Translations under genes and position numbers: made by a program
NCBI RefSeq assembly: GCF_003814705.1
Contig: NZ_RKRA01000001.1
Coordinates: 3,144,776 to 3,168,775 of the forward strand
Direction of reading: 5' to 3'
DNA length: 24,000 nt
DNA from: Georgenia muralis
GTDB taxonomy: Bacteria; Actinomycetota; Actinomycetes; Actinomycetales; Actinomycetaceae
Notes under the pieces: model-generated
Seen by the model: the letters and a program-made list of their open reading frames with translations, nothing else
Database searches by the model: none
What the model was told of the DNA's origin: nothing
In this document: positions 1 to 7,525 of the stretch, one piece after another
Layout: each line of letters begins with the position of its first letter
Numbering within the stretch: position 1 is the stretch's first letter

Positions 1-135
1 CCCGACAGCGGGGCCGTTCCTCTCGCCCGGATGCGCGACCGGGTCGAGGCGGCTGGTGGTTCGGTGTCGGTCGCGCGGAGCGACGGACGTGCCGTCCTGG
101 AGGTCCGCGCCGCGTCGGCGGCGGCCGTGGCGTGA
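1..135 (+). CDS. Sensor histidine kinase, C-terminal fragment (5' end outside the window)
   Basis: Frame 1 is open from base 1 to TGA at 133-135. The translation ...LARMRDRVEAAGGSVSVARSDGRAVLEVRAA... resembles the extreme C-terminus of the HATPase_c domain of NarL-partner kinases (GLxGMRERVxxxGGxLxVxS pattern). Only 44 codons are visible. Confidence 0.5.
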   Translation, partial: PDSGAVPLARMRDRVEAAGGSVSVARSDGRAVLEVRAASAAAVA

Positions 136-145
136 GCTCGCGCGG

Positions 146-526
146 TCAGCGACGCGCGTCGGACCACGCCTGCTGGAGGCGGTCGGGCCCCAGGGCGGCC
201 TTGTGCAGGTAGGCGGCGGCACCGGACTCGGCCACGAGCTGCTCGCCGACGTCGTCGTCGTAGGTGGACAGGAGCAGCACGGTCGGGACCGGCGACCCGC
301 GGAGCAGCCGTCTGGTGGCCTCCAGACCGTCGATACGGGGAAGGTTCACGTCCATGAGCACGAGGTCCGGGAGCACCTCGGCGGCCGCGGCGACGGCCTC
401 CTCGCCGGAGGAGGCGACTGCGACGACCTCGAACCCCGGCGTCTCCCCCACGACGGAGACCATGGCGAGGAGGAACGCCGCGACGTCGTCAACCACCAGC
501 ACCCGCACGACAGTCAACGCCGACAC
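146..526 (-). CDS. Receiver-only (CheY-like) response regulator with no output domain
   Basis: The translation has RVLVVDD, the phospho-acceptor context DLVLMDVNLPRIDG, LLLST and a conserved Lys (AAYLHK). At about 120 aa there is no DNA-binding domain. The GTG at 526 has AGGAG directly abutting it. The TTG at 517 (MTVVRVLVVDD) sits 9 nt after that AGGAG and is the more likely start. Confidence 0.85.
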   Translation of the reverse strand: MSALTVVRVLVVDDVAAFLLAMVSVVGETPGFEVVAVASSGEEAVAAAAEVLPDLVLMDVNLPRIDGLEATRRLLRGSPVPTVLLLSTYDDDVGEQLVAESGAAAYLHKAALGPDRLQQAWSDARR

Positions 527-534
527 CTCCTGGG

Positions 535-3500
535 TTGATCATGGCGCTGGGGCCGGCGCCGGGGGAGGAGGTCAGCCGCACGACGGGCGGTGCCAGCCCC
601 ACGACTGCCGGTCACGGAGCCGAGGCGCCGGGCCGACGGGCGCCCGGAACGCGGCTCACGGGCGCGCCATCGGACTCATCGTGCTCCTACGATCAGGGGG
701 TGCCGACTCCGGTCCTCGCGACCAAGCTGTTCGCGCCGGCCCGGCGCTCGCAGGTGGTCGAGCGCCCGCGACTGACCGCACAGCTGGACGCCACCCTCGA
801 CGCGGGCCACCGGCTCACGCTCGTGTCCGCGCCCGCCGGGTTCGGCAAGACCACCGCGCTGAGCGACTGGCTGGTCCACCTCGCCCGGCGTCAGCCACAG
901 GTCCGCGTCGCGTGGCTCTCCCTGGATGACGCCGACAACGACCTCACCCGCCTGATGACGCACGTCGTCGCCTCCCTCGACGGCGCCGGCCTGGGCGTCG
1001 ACCCGGCCGTGCTGGAGGCTCTGCACACCGGGCCGCCCGCGACCGCGCTGACCGCCTTCGTCAACGACGTCACGCGCGCCGGTGGCAGCGCGGCGGGGAA
1101 GCGGTGGGTGCTGGTGCTCGACGACTACCACGTCATCGAGGCGTCGGACGTGCTCGAGGCGGTGGCCTTCCTCCTCGAGCACGTCCCGGACCATCTGCGC
1201 CTCGTGGTGGCGACCCGCTCGGACCCGCCGCTACCGCTGGCGCGGCTGCGCACGAGTGGCCGGCTCACGGAGGTCCGGGCCGCCGACCTCCGCTTCCGCC
1301 CCGACGAGGCGCGGGAGCTGCTCAACCGGGCCATGGGGCTGGATCTGACCCCGGCGGACGTGGACGCCCTCGAGGGGCGTACCGAGGGCTGGGTCGCCGG
1401 GCTCCAGCTCGCCGCCTTGTCCCTGCGCGGCATGACCGGGCCGGGTGAGGTCGCCGGCTTCGTCGAGGCGTTCACCGGCAGCAACCGGTTCGTCATCGAC
1501 TACCTCGCCGACGAGGTGCTGGCCAGGCAGGACAGCTGGGTCCGCGACTTCCTGCTCGACACCGCCGTCCTCGACCGCCTCACCGGCCCCCTGTGCGACG
1601 CCGTCACCGGTCGGGCGGACGGCACCTCGATGCTGGTGGACCTCGAGCGTGCCAACCTGTTCCTGGTCCCGCTCGACACCGACCGCCGCTGGTACCGCTA
1701 CCACCACCTGTTCGCCGACGTCCTCCAGGCGCGCCTGCGCGCCGACCGCCCCGACCGCGTGCCGGGGCTGCACCAGCGGGCCGGGGTGTGGCTCGGCGAC
1801 CACGGCCTCGTGGAGGACGCCGTCCGGCACACGCTCGCCGCGGGGGACGTCGGCCGTGCCGCTCACCTCATGGAGACGGCGCTGCCGGAGCTGCGCCGCA
1901 ACCGCCGGGACGGCGTGCTGCTGTCCTGGGTGCCGCTGCTGCCCGAGGCCGTGGTCCGGCGCAGCCCGGTCCTGAGCATCCTCTCCGGCTGGTCGCTGAT
2001 GATGTCCGGCGACCTCGACGGGGCCGAGGCCCGGTTCGACGACGCCGAGGTGGCGCTCGCCGCGGGCGCTGTCGACCCGGGCCTCGCCGCCGCCTGGGCC
2101 GACACCGACGACCTCCGCACGGCGCCGGCGATCCTGGCGGTCTACCGCGCGTCGCTGGCCCAGGCCCGTGGCGACGTCGCCGGAACCGTCCGTCACGCGC
2201 GACGTGCCCTCGAGCTCGCCAGGCCCGGCGACCACTTCGTGCGCGGGGCCGGTGCGGGGTTCCTCGGCCTGGCCGCCTGGGCGGCCGGGGACGTGCGCGA
2301 GGCCCTGTCCACGTTCAGCGGGGCGCTGCACAGCCTGCGTGCGGCGGGGAACCTCGTCGACGAGCTCGACGGCACCGTGGTGCTCGCCGACATGTGGGTC
2401 GCCACCGGCCGGCCCGGCCGCGCCCGACGGCTGTGCGAGCAGGCGCTGCAGACCGCCACCGACGGTGGTCACCCGTACCTGCGGGCCGCCGCCGACCTGC
2501 ACGTCGCCCTGGCCGAGCTCGACCGGGAGATCGACGAGCTCGCCGGCGCCGAGGTCCACCTCGAGACAGCCCGGGTCCTGGGCGAGCGGACGTCGATCAC
2601 CGAGAACCGGCACCGGTGGTTCGTGGCGATGTCGCAGGTGCGCGCCGCCCGCGGGGACCACGAGAGCGCAGCCGCCCTGCTCGACCAGGCCGAGCTGCTG
2701 TACCGGCACGGCTTCTACCCCGACCTGCGTCCGATCGCCGCCATGAGGGCTCGCGTCCACATCGGCGCGGGCGACCTGGCGGCGGCGCGCGCCTGGGCCG
2801 AGCGACGAGGGATCGGCGTCGGCGACGACCCGGACCTCCTGCGCGAGTACGAGCACCTGACTCTGGCGCGGCTCCTCCTCGCCGACCACCGCGCCGGACG
2901 TCACGACGCGGGCAGCGCGTCCCCGGCCGAGGTGCTGGGGCTGCTGGACCGGCTGCACACCGCGGCCGTCAGCGACGGGCGGGAGGGCAGCGTGCTGGAG
3001 ATCCGGGTGCTGCAGGCGCTCGCCCACGACGCCCACGGGGACCTCTCCTCGGCGCTGGCCAGGCTCGGTCGCGCCCTGGGGGAGGCGCCCGAGCCGGACA
3101 GCCACGTGCGCCTCTACCTGGACGAGGGTGCCCCGGTGCTCGCGCTGCTGGACCGGCTCGCGCGACTCCCGGAACCGACCGCCGGTGCCGACGACGAGGC
3201 CTTCCACGGCGAGGGTGGCGAAGCGGTGCCGGCGCGCGCGCGTCGGCTCCTCGAGCGTGTGCGTACGGTCGAGCTCGCCGAGCCCGCGCCGCCATTGGTG
3301 GAGCCCCTGAGCCACCGCGAGGTCGATGTGCTGAGGCTGCTCGCCACCGAGCTGACCGGACCCGAAATCGCCCGGGAGCTCTACATCACGGTCAACACCC
3401 TGCGCACCCACACCAAGCACATCTTCACCAAGCTCGACGCCAGGACGCGGGCGGCCGCCGTGCGACGCGCCCGCGAGCGGGGGCTCCTCCAGCCCCCGCT

Positions 3501-3546
3501 CGAGCCGCCGGGTCACCGGACCGTCACCACGTCAGTCACATCATGA
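535..3546 (+). CDS. LAL/MalT-type large ATP-binding LuxR-family transcriptional regulator
   Basis: Walker A SAPAGFGKTT (about 826-855), Walker B VLVLDDYH, and a long Ala/Leu-rich TPR-like middle region. The C-terminal LuxR HTH reads LSHREVDVLRLLATELTGPEIARELYITVNTLRTHTKHIFTKLD. The start is uncertain: TTG 535 or ATG 541 lie only 8-15 nt from the divergent regulator. The in-frame GTG at 700 (VPTPVLATKLFAP, a typical family N-terminus) would leave a 173-bp divergent promoter region. Confidence 0.9.
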   Translation: MIMALGPAPGEEVSRTTGGASPTTAGHGAEAPGRRAPGTRLTGAPSDSSCSYDQGVPTPVLATKLFAPARRSQVVERPRLTAQLDATLDAGHRLTLVSAPAGFGKTTALSDWLVHLARRQPQVRVAWLSLDDADNDLTRLMTHVVASLDGAGLGVDPAVLEALHTGPPATALTAFVNDVTRAGGSAAGKRWVLVLDDYHVIEASDVLEAVAFLLEHVPDHLRLVVATRSDPPLPLARLRTSGRLTEVRAADLRFRPDEARELLNRAMGLDLTPADVDALEGRTEGWVAGLQLAALSLRGMTGPGEVAGFVEAFTGSNRFVIDYLADEVLARQDSWVRDFLLDTAVLDRLTGPLCDAVTGRADGTSMLVDLERANLFLVPLDTDRRWYRYHHLFADVLQARLRADRPDRVPGLHQRAGVWLGDHGLVEDAVRHTLAAGDVGRAAHLMETALPELRRNRRDGVLLSWVPLLPEAVVRRSPVLSILSGWSLMMSGDLDGAEARFDDAEVALAAGAVDPGLAAAWADTDDLRTAPAILAVYRASLAQARGDVAGTVRHARRALELARPGDHFVRGAGAGFLGLAAWAAGDVREALSTFSGALHSLRAAGNLVDELDGTVVLADMWVATGRPGRARRLCEQALQTATDGGHPYLRAAADLHVALAELDREIDELAGAEVHLETARVLGERTSITENRHRWFVAMSQVRAARGDHESAAALLDQAELLYRHGFYPDLRPIAAMRARVHIGAGDLAAARAWAERRGIGVGDDPDLLREYEHLTLARLLLADHRAGRHDAGSASPAEVLGLLDRLHTAAVSDGREGSVLEIRVLQALAHDAHGDLSSALARLGRALGEAPEPDSHVRLYLDEGAPVLALLDRLARLPEPTAGADDEAFHGEGGEAVPARARRLLERVRTVELAEPAPPLVEPLSHREVDVLRLLATELTGPEIARELYITVNTLRTHTKHIFTKLDARTRAAAVRRARERGLLQPPLEPPGHRTVTTSVTS

Positions 3547-3630
3547 GGTGATGCCCCGTCACCCGGCCGGCTCCTAGGTTCCAGTCATCCCCGCGGCCCC
3601 CGCCGCGGACCGAGCCGAACAGGAACCGTC

Positions 3631-4311
3631 ATGACCGTCACCCGCACCACCCTCATCCGGTCAGCAGCCCTCGCCGCCGTCGCCGCCGGCCTGATCTTCA
3701 TCGGTGTCCAGATCGGCCACCCACACTCCGACGTCACGGCCGTCACCACGACCGAGTGGGCCGTGCGTAACTCGTTGAAGGTGGTGATGACCGTGCTGGC
3801 CCTGGCCGGCATCACCGGCATGTACCTGCGTCAGGTGAGGCAGACGGGTCTGCTGGGCCTGGTCGGGTACCTCGTCTTCGGCGCCGGCTACCTCGTCCTC
3901 ATGAGCACCGCCTTCGTCAGCGCAGTCGTCCTCCCCGCCATCGCGGGCACCGATCCCGGCTACGTCGACGACGTCCTCGCCGCCGCGACCAACGGCAGCG
4001 CCGTCGGTGACATCGGCCTCATGCAGGCTGCGCTCAGCGTCACGGGGATCACCTTCCTGGGCGGGGGCCTGATCTTCGGCATCGCCCTGTACCGGGCACG
4101 CGTCCTGGCCCGGTGGGCGGCCGCACTCCTCGCCGTCGCCAGCCTCCTGACCGCCTCGCTCGCCGTCCTGCCGGACGCCTTCTTCCGGTTCCTGGCCTTC
4201 CCCAACTCCATCGCCATGATCGGCCTGGGCTACTCCCTCTGGGTGTCCACGCGCGTCGCGGCCACCACGGCGGTGGGCGCCTCGCCCCGCACCCCGGCGA
4301 GCGCACGGTGA
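3631..4311 (+). CDS. Polytopic integral membrane protein, function unknown
   Basis: 226-aa ORF with high GC3 and about 6 hydrophobic segments (AALAAVAAGLIFIGV, VVMTVLALAGITGMY, LLGLVGYLVFGAGYLVLM, and others). I recognise no family. A TAGGTT -10-like hexamer lies at 3575-3580. Confidence 0.7.
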   Translation: MTVTRTTLIRSAALAAVAAGLIFIGVQIGHPHSDVTAVTTTEWAVRNSLKVVMTVLALAGITGMYLRQVRQTGLLGLVGYLVFGAGYLVLMSTAFVSAVVLPAIAGTDPGYVDDVLAAATNGSAVGDIGLMQAALSVTGITFLGGGLIFGIALYRARVLARWAAALLAVASLLTASLAVLPDAFFRFLAFPNSIAMIGLGYSLWVSTRVAATTAVGASPRTPASAR

Positions 4312-4468
4312 CCACGCCAACCGGGGTCGGGACCGCGCCGGCGAAGACGCTGACCACCGCCGCCTCGGTGAGCTCGGGCTGGGTCATCAATGCCGTCGTC
4401 GCCGAGGGGGTGATCCGCCGCCCGGCCACCCGTGGGGCGGGCCGCCGGTCTCGCTCGACGGGTGGGCG

Positions 4469-4807
4469 ATGATCCGGCGACAGCACGGGACGGCCCACTA
4501 CCAGATCCGGGTCGAGGGACACCTCGACGAGTGCTGGTCGACGTGGTTCGGCGGGATGTCGCTCACCCGTGACGGCGACGGCGCAACCACCCTGCGCGGG
4601 CCGGTCGCCGACCAGGCCGCGCTGCACGGACTCCTCGTCAAGGTGCGTGATCTGGGAGTCCCCCTGATCTCGGTGAGGGCGGCTGACGCACCTGACGCAC
4701 CTGAGGCACCTGACGCGTTGAGCGAGCGTCGGCCGGTCGACGAGCCGCCGGACCGGTGCACCCGGCCCGGTCGGAGGCTGTTTCCGGGGGTGACTAGGCT
4801 CGACGAG
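4469..4807 (+). CDS. Small conserved actinobacterial domain (HYQIRVEGHLD...WF.GM.L...DG.T.L.GPV.DQAALHGLL.KVRDLG..L.SV), read in frame into the downstream hydrolase with no stop codon
   Basis: The N-terminal 70 aa match a pattern I recall from stand-alone 80-100 aa actinobacterial hypothetical proteins. After ...LISVRA the ORF runs through a 9-bp tandem repeat (ADAPDAPEAPDA) and a lower-GC3 linker into the hydrolase ATG at 4808. The end coordinate is therefore nominal. Confidence 0.5.
4685..4717 (+). repeat. Tandem 9-bp repeat GACGCACCT, about 3.7 copies (gacgcacct gacgcacct gaggcacct gacgcg)
   Basis: Read directly from the sequence. In frame it encodes DAP-DAP-EAP-DA. An alternative reading frame contains four TGA codons (4684, 4693, 4702, 4711). 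Confidence 0.9.
4795..4800 (+). promoter_or_regulatory. TAGGCT -10-like hexamer positioned for a leaderless transcript starting at or next to ATG 4808
   Basis: TANNNT match. The last T is 8 nt before the A of ATG 4808 (MELLRDAVDEAAERTGFSGVV, a typical hydrolase N-terminus). The identical hexamer occurs before the leaderless-looking gene at 5891. Confidence 0.35.
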
Positions 4808-5798
4808 ATGGAGCTCCTCCGGGACGCGGTGGACGAGGCGGCCGAGCGCACCGGGTTCTCGGGCGTGGTCCGCCTGGACCGCCGGGGTCGCACCGAGTTC
4901 TCCGTGGCCTACGGGTTCGCCGACCGCGCACACCGGATTCCCAACTCGCCCGAGACCCTTTTCGCGACCGCGAGCGGGTCCAAGGGCTTCACCGCCCTGG
5001 CGGTCATGGCCCTGGTCGAGCGCGGGACGCTCGAGCTCGCCACGCCTGCGCGGGTCGTTGCTGGGCGACGACCTGCCCCTGGTCGCCGACGACGTGACGG
5101 TCGAGCACCTCCTGGCGCACCGCTCGGGGATCCGGGACTACCTCGACGAGGACGCCCTGGGCGACGTCAGCGACTACGTCATGCCGGTACCGGTGCACGA
5201 GCTCGCGACGACGGAGCAGTTCCTGCGGGTGCTGGGCCCGTGCGACGCCGTCTTCCCCGCCGGCGAGCGGTTCGCGTACAACAACGGCGGGTACGTGCTG
5301 CTCGCGCTGCTGGCCGAACGGGCGAGCGGTGTCGGCTTCCACGAGCTGGTCCGCTCACGAGTCTGCGAGCCCGCGGGGATGGTGGACACGGGCTTCTTGC
5401 GGTCCGACGAGCTTCCCGGGTCTGCCGCCCGCGGCTACCTCGCCGTCGACGGCCTGAGGACGAACGTGCTCCACCTTCCCGTGCTCGGGAACGGCGACGG
5501 CGGGATCTACTCGACGGCCGCTGACCTCACCGCGTTCTGGGACGCCCTTCTCGCCGGCCGGATCGTCTCCCCGGAGCGGGTCGCGCAGATGCTGCAGCCG
5601 CGCAGCGTCTGGGCGGAGGGGTCCAGGCGCTACGGCCTGGGGTTTCACCTCGGCGGGACCACCGACCGGGTGTGGCTCGAGGGCCACGACGCCGGGGTGT
5701 CGTTCGTGAGCCAGCACCTGCCGTCGTCGTCGACCACCTACACCGTCATCTCGAACTGGTCGGAGGGCGCCTGGCCTGTCGTCGACCTGCTCGACTGA
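4808..5798 (+). pseudogene. Beta-lactamase-family serine hydrolase (class C / PBP4*-like), interrupted by a +1 frameshift at about 5051-5054
   Basis: The SxxK motif (ASGSKGF) and N-terminal part are in the frame of ORF 4469..5524. The YxN motif (FAYNNGGY) and the rest (…HDAGVSFV…) are in the frame of ORF 5058..5798. The frames switch inside cGGG at 5051-5054: ...ELATPAR|SLLGDDLPLV... is restored by removing one G. 991 nt minus 1 gives 330 codons. Confidence 0.8.
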
Positions 5799-5836
5799 CG
5801 GCGCGGGAACCCTTCGCTCACCTCGGCACCGCGCTC

Positions 5837-5857
5837 GCCTCGGCACCTCGGCGAGGC
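5837..5857 (+). terminator. Hairpin GCCTCG-N9-CGAGGC after the hydrolase stop, inside a short CCTCGGCAC direct-repeat patch
   Basis: Inverted repeat read directly, 39 nt after the stop at 5796-5798. No U tract. Confidence 0.3.
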
Positions 5858-5878
5858 CGCAGGGCACACGACGCTGGG

Positions 5879-5884
5879 TAGGCT
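5879..5884 (+). promoter_or_regulatory. TAGGCT -10 hexamer, exactly 7 nt before ATG 5891 (leaderless mRNA geometry)
   Basis: TANNNT match. The last T is at 5884 and the A of the ATG at 5891, so the predicted transcription start coincides with the start codon. No SD sequence lies between them. Confidence 0.4.
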
Positions 5885-5890
5885 CGACCC

Positions 5891-6319
5891 ATGGCCTCAC
5901 GGTGGGTGCTGGTCGCGGTCTCAGCTGCTCAGCTGGCGGCCGGAGCAGCGGGGCAGGTCATCGCCCTCAGTGAGGGGCGAGCCTTCGACATCGACGTTTT
6001 GGGCTTTCGTGGGTCGCCCGCGCGGTTGGGCCGCGACTCGTGGCTGCTCGGGACCGGCTTGTCGGCTCCGGTCCTGATGCTGTCTGTCCAGGCGGTGGCG
6101 ACGATCCGTCTGGCGGCAGGGTCCAGCCGTGGTGCGACACGGGTGCTCGGGTCGTTGGGCGCGTTGATGACGTGCGGGTACCTCATCGAGAAGGAGGCCC
6201 GCGGCGCGCTGTCGCCGGCGGGCTGGAACCCGACGACGACGCCCGCCGTGGCGGCGGGGCTCACCCTCGCCGTGACGATGGCCGTCCTGGGCCCGCGGCA
6301 GGCGTCCAGCAGCAGCTGA
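5891..6319 (+). CDS. Small 4-TM membrane protein, function unknown (probably leaderless)
   Basis: 142-aa ORF with GC3 of about 87% and four hydrophobic segments (WVLVAVSAAQLAAGAAGQVIAL, LLGTGLSAPVLMLSVQAVATI, VLGSLGALMTCGYLI, PAVAAGLTLAVTMAVLG). I recognise no family. Confidence 0.6.
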   Translation: MASRWVLVAVSAAQLAAGAAGQVIALSEGRAFDIDVLGFRGSPARLGRDSWLLGTGLSAPVLMLSVQAVATIRLAAGSSRGATRVLGSLGALMTCGYLIEKEARGALSPAGWNPTTTPAVAAGLTLAVTMAVLGPRQASSSS

Positions 6320-6338
6320 TGCCGGCGCGCACCTGCGA

Positions 6339-6377
6339 GCCCCTCGCGGCCGGGTGTCGAGCCGGGCCGTGAGGGGC
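6339..6377 (+). terminator. Strong hairpin: 13-bp stem gcccctcgcggcc / ggccgtgaggggc (one G-U pair), 13-nt loop
   Basis: Read directly. It starts 20 nt after the stop at 6317-6319. It has no U tail, which is common in high-GC actinobacteria. It separates the 142-aa gene from the heliorhodopsin gene. Confidence 0.45.
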
Positions 6378-6572
6378 CCGCAAGGCGACTCTCAGCGGTG
6401 AGCGCGCGCGTGGCTGCGGGTCGATGGGAGACCAGGTGCCGATCATGCTCACGCCATGACCCCCGTCCGAGGTCCGGCCAGAGTCGATGGTCCCTGCCGA
6501 GCGGCGCACGTGATCCGCCGGCCATAGCCTCGCAGAACAGCGCGCCGGTTCGAGGACGAGCGCGGCAGGCGG

Positions 6573-7358
6573 GTGGGACCATCAGGCATGGAGGTCCGGT
6601 CGAACGAGGCGGAACGCCAGACCAGATCGCTGCGTCTGGCGAATGCCGGAGCAGCGGTGCTCCACGCGGTCCAGGCCGTCGCCGTGCTCGTGCTCGCCAC
6701 GGACTTCGCCCTGCCGGTGACCGCGAGCTACATGGCCGGTCCGCCGGGTACGCCGCCCTCGGAGCCCGTGGTTCTCCTCGACATCTCCACCGGGGCGGCT
6801 GTCGCGGCGTTCCTGGCCCTGTCCGCGCTGGCGCACCTCATCGTCTCCACGGCGTGGTGGCACCGGTACGTCGCGGACCTGGGCCGCCAGCGCAACCCCG
6901 CCCGATGGGTGGAGTACTCGCTCTCGTCGTCGCTCATGATCGTCCTGATCGCACAGCTGGTCGGCATATCCGACGTGGCTGCCCTGCTCGCCCTGTTCGG
7001 CGTGAACGCCGCCATGATCCTGTTCGGCTGGTTGCAGGAGAACTACGAGCGCCCCGGAGGCGGCTGGCTGCCCTTCGTCTTCGGGTGCGTGGCCGGTGTG
7101 GTCCCGTGGCTGGCGATCACCGTCTACCTGCTGTCGCCCGGCTCGACGTCGTCGGCCTCGCCTCCGGGTTTCGTCTACGGCATCTTCGTGTCGCTGTTCG
7201 TCTTCTTCAACGCCTTCGCCCTCAACCAGTGGCTGCAGTACCGCGCCAACGGCCGGTGGCGGGACTACCTGTTCGGCGAGAGGGCCTACATCGTGCTGAG
7301 CCTGACGGCGAAGTCAGCCTTGGCCTGGCAGGTCTTCGGGGGCACGCTGGCCGCATGA
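6573..7358 (+). CDS. Heliorhodopsin (7-TM retinal protein, inverted topology)
   Basis: Near end-to-end similarity, from memory, to heliorhodopsin 48C12. Shared blocks: DFALPVT, GPPGT, RWVEYSLSSSLMIVLIAQ, ALLALFGVNAAMILFGWLQE, LPFVFGCVAGVVPW, SPGSTS, PGFVYGI, FFNAFAL, GERAYIVLSLTAKSALAWQVF. The Schiff-base Lys codon is AAG at 7311-7313 and the counter-ion Glu codon is GAG at 6912-6914. The start is either GTG 6573 or, more likely, ATG 6588 (GGTGGGA about 10 nt upstream; 256 aa). Confidence 0.93.
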   Translation: MGPSGMEVRSNEAERQTRSLRLANAGAAVLHAVQAVAVLVLATDFALPVTASYMAGPPGTPPSEPVVLLDISTGAAVAAFLALSALAHLIVSTAWWHRYVADLGRQRNPARWVEYSLSSSLMIVLIAQLVGISDVAALLALFGVNAAMILFGWLQENYERPGGGWLPFVFGCVAGVVPWLAITVYLLSPGSTSSASPPGFVYGIFVSLFVFFNAFALNQWLQYRANGRWRDYLFGERAYIVLSLTAKSALAWQVFGGTLAA

Positions 7359-7448
7359 CCCTCGCGTCGAGGAAGCACCGCGTGGTCCGCCGAGTGGCGG
7401 GAAGGGCGGCCCGGCGCGGAGACGCGGCCCAGTAGTGTGGAAGGCGGT

Positions 7449-7472
7449 CGCGGCGCCTCGAAGGAGGCCGCG
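7449..7472 (+). terminator. Hairpin CGCGGC-N12-GCCGCG, 91 nt after the heliorhodopsin stop
   Basis: Inverted repeat read directly. A second hairpin, CGGTCGG-ctcctg-CCGACCG, lies at 7491-7510 just before the SD of the next gene. Confidence 0.3.
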
Positions 7473-7525
7473 GCACGTCCGTGCACGGGGCGGTCGGCTC
7501 CTGCCGACCGGGGAAGGAGCGGATC

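Noticed and set aside
535-3546. The large STAND NTPase as an antiviral Avs-like defence protein
   Set aside because: It has a C-terminal LuxR HTH and a MalT-like architecture, with no nuclease, protease, TIR or other effector domain. It is an ordinary LAL regulator.
1231-3551. Very long ORFs overlapping the LAL regulator: 761 aa on the minus strand (1231..3516) and a 652-aa Arg/Pro/Gly-rich ORF in another plus frame (1593..3551)
   Set aside because: These are typical high-GC shadow ORFs. Their composition is low-complexity (R/P/G/A), they match no recognisable family, and the LAL frame carries clear Walker and HTH motifs.
4320-4468. Minus-strand start MTQPELTEAAVV... (ATG complement at 4388-4390), part of the 294-aa ORF 4049..4933
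   Set aside because: Its continuation is an R/P/G/W-rich reading antisense to the membrane-protein gene, and it has no family resemblance.
4685-5857. Short tandem or direct repeats (9-bp repeat at 4685-4717; CCTCGGCAC copies at 5821-5850) as a CRISPR array or mobile-element ends
   Set aside because: The units are far too short and contiguous, with no spacers. No cas or transposase genes are nearby.
6545-6560. GGTTCGAGG, reminiscent of a tRNA T-loop (GGTTCGAAT)
   Set aside because: There is no matching acceptor, D or anticodon stem around it. No tRNA could be built anywhere in the window.
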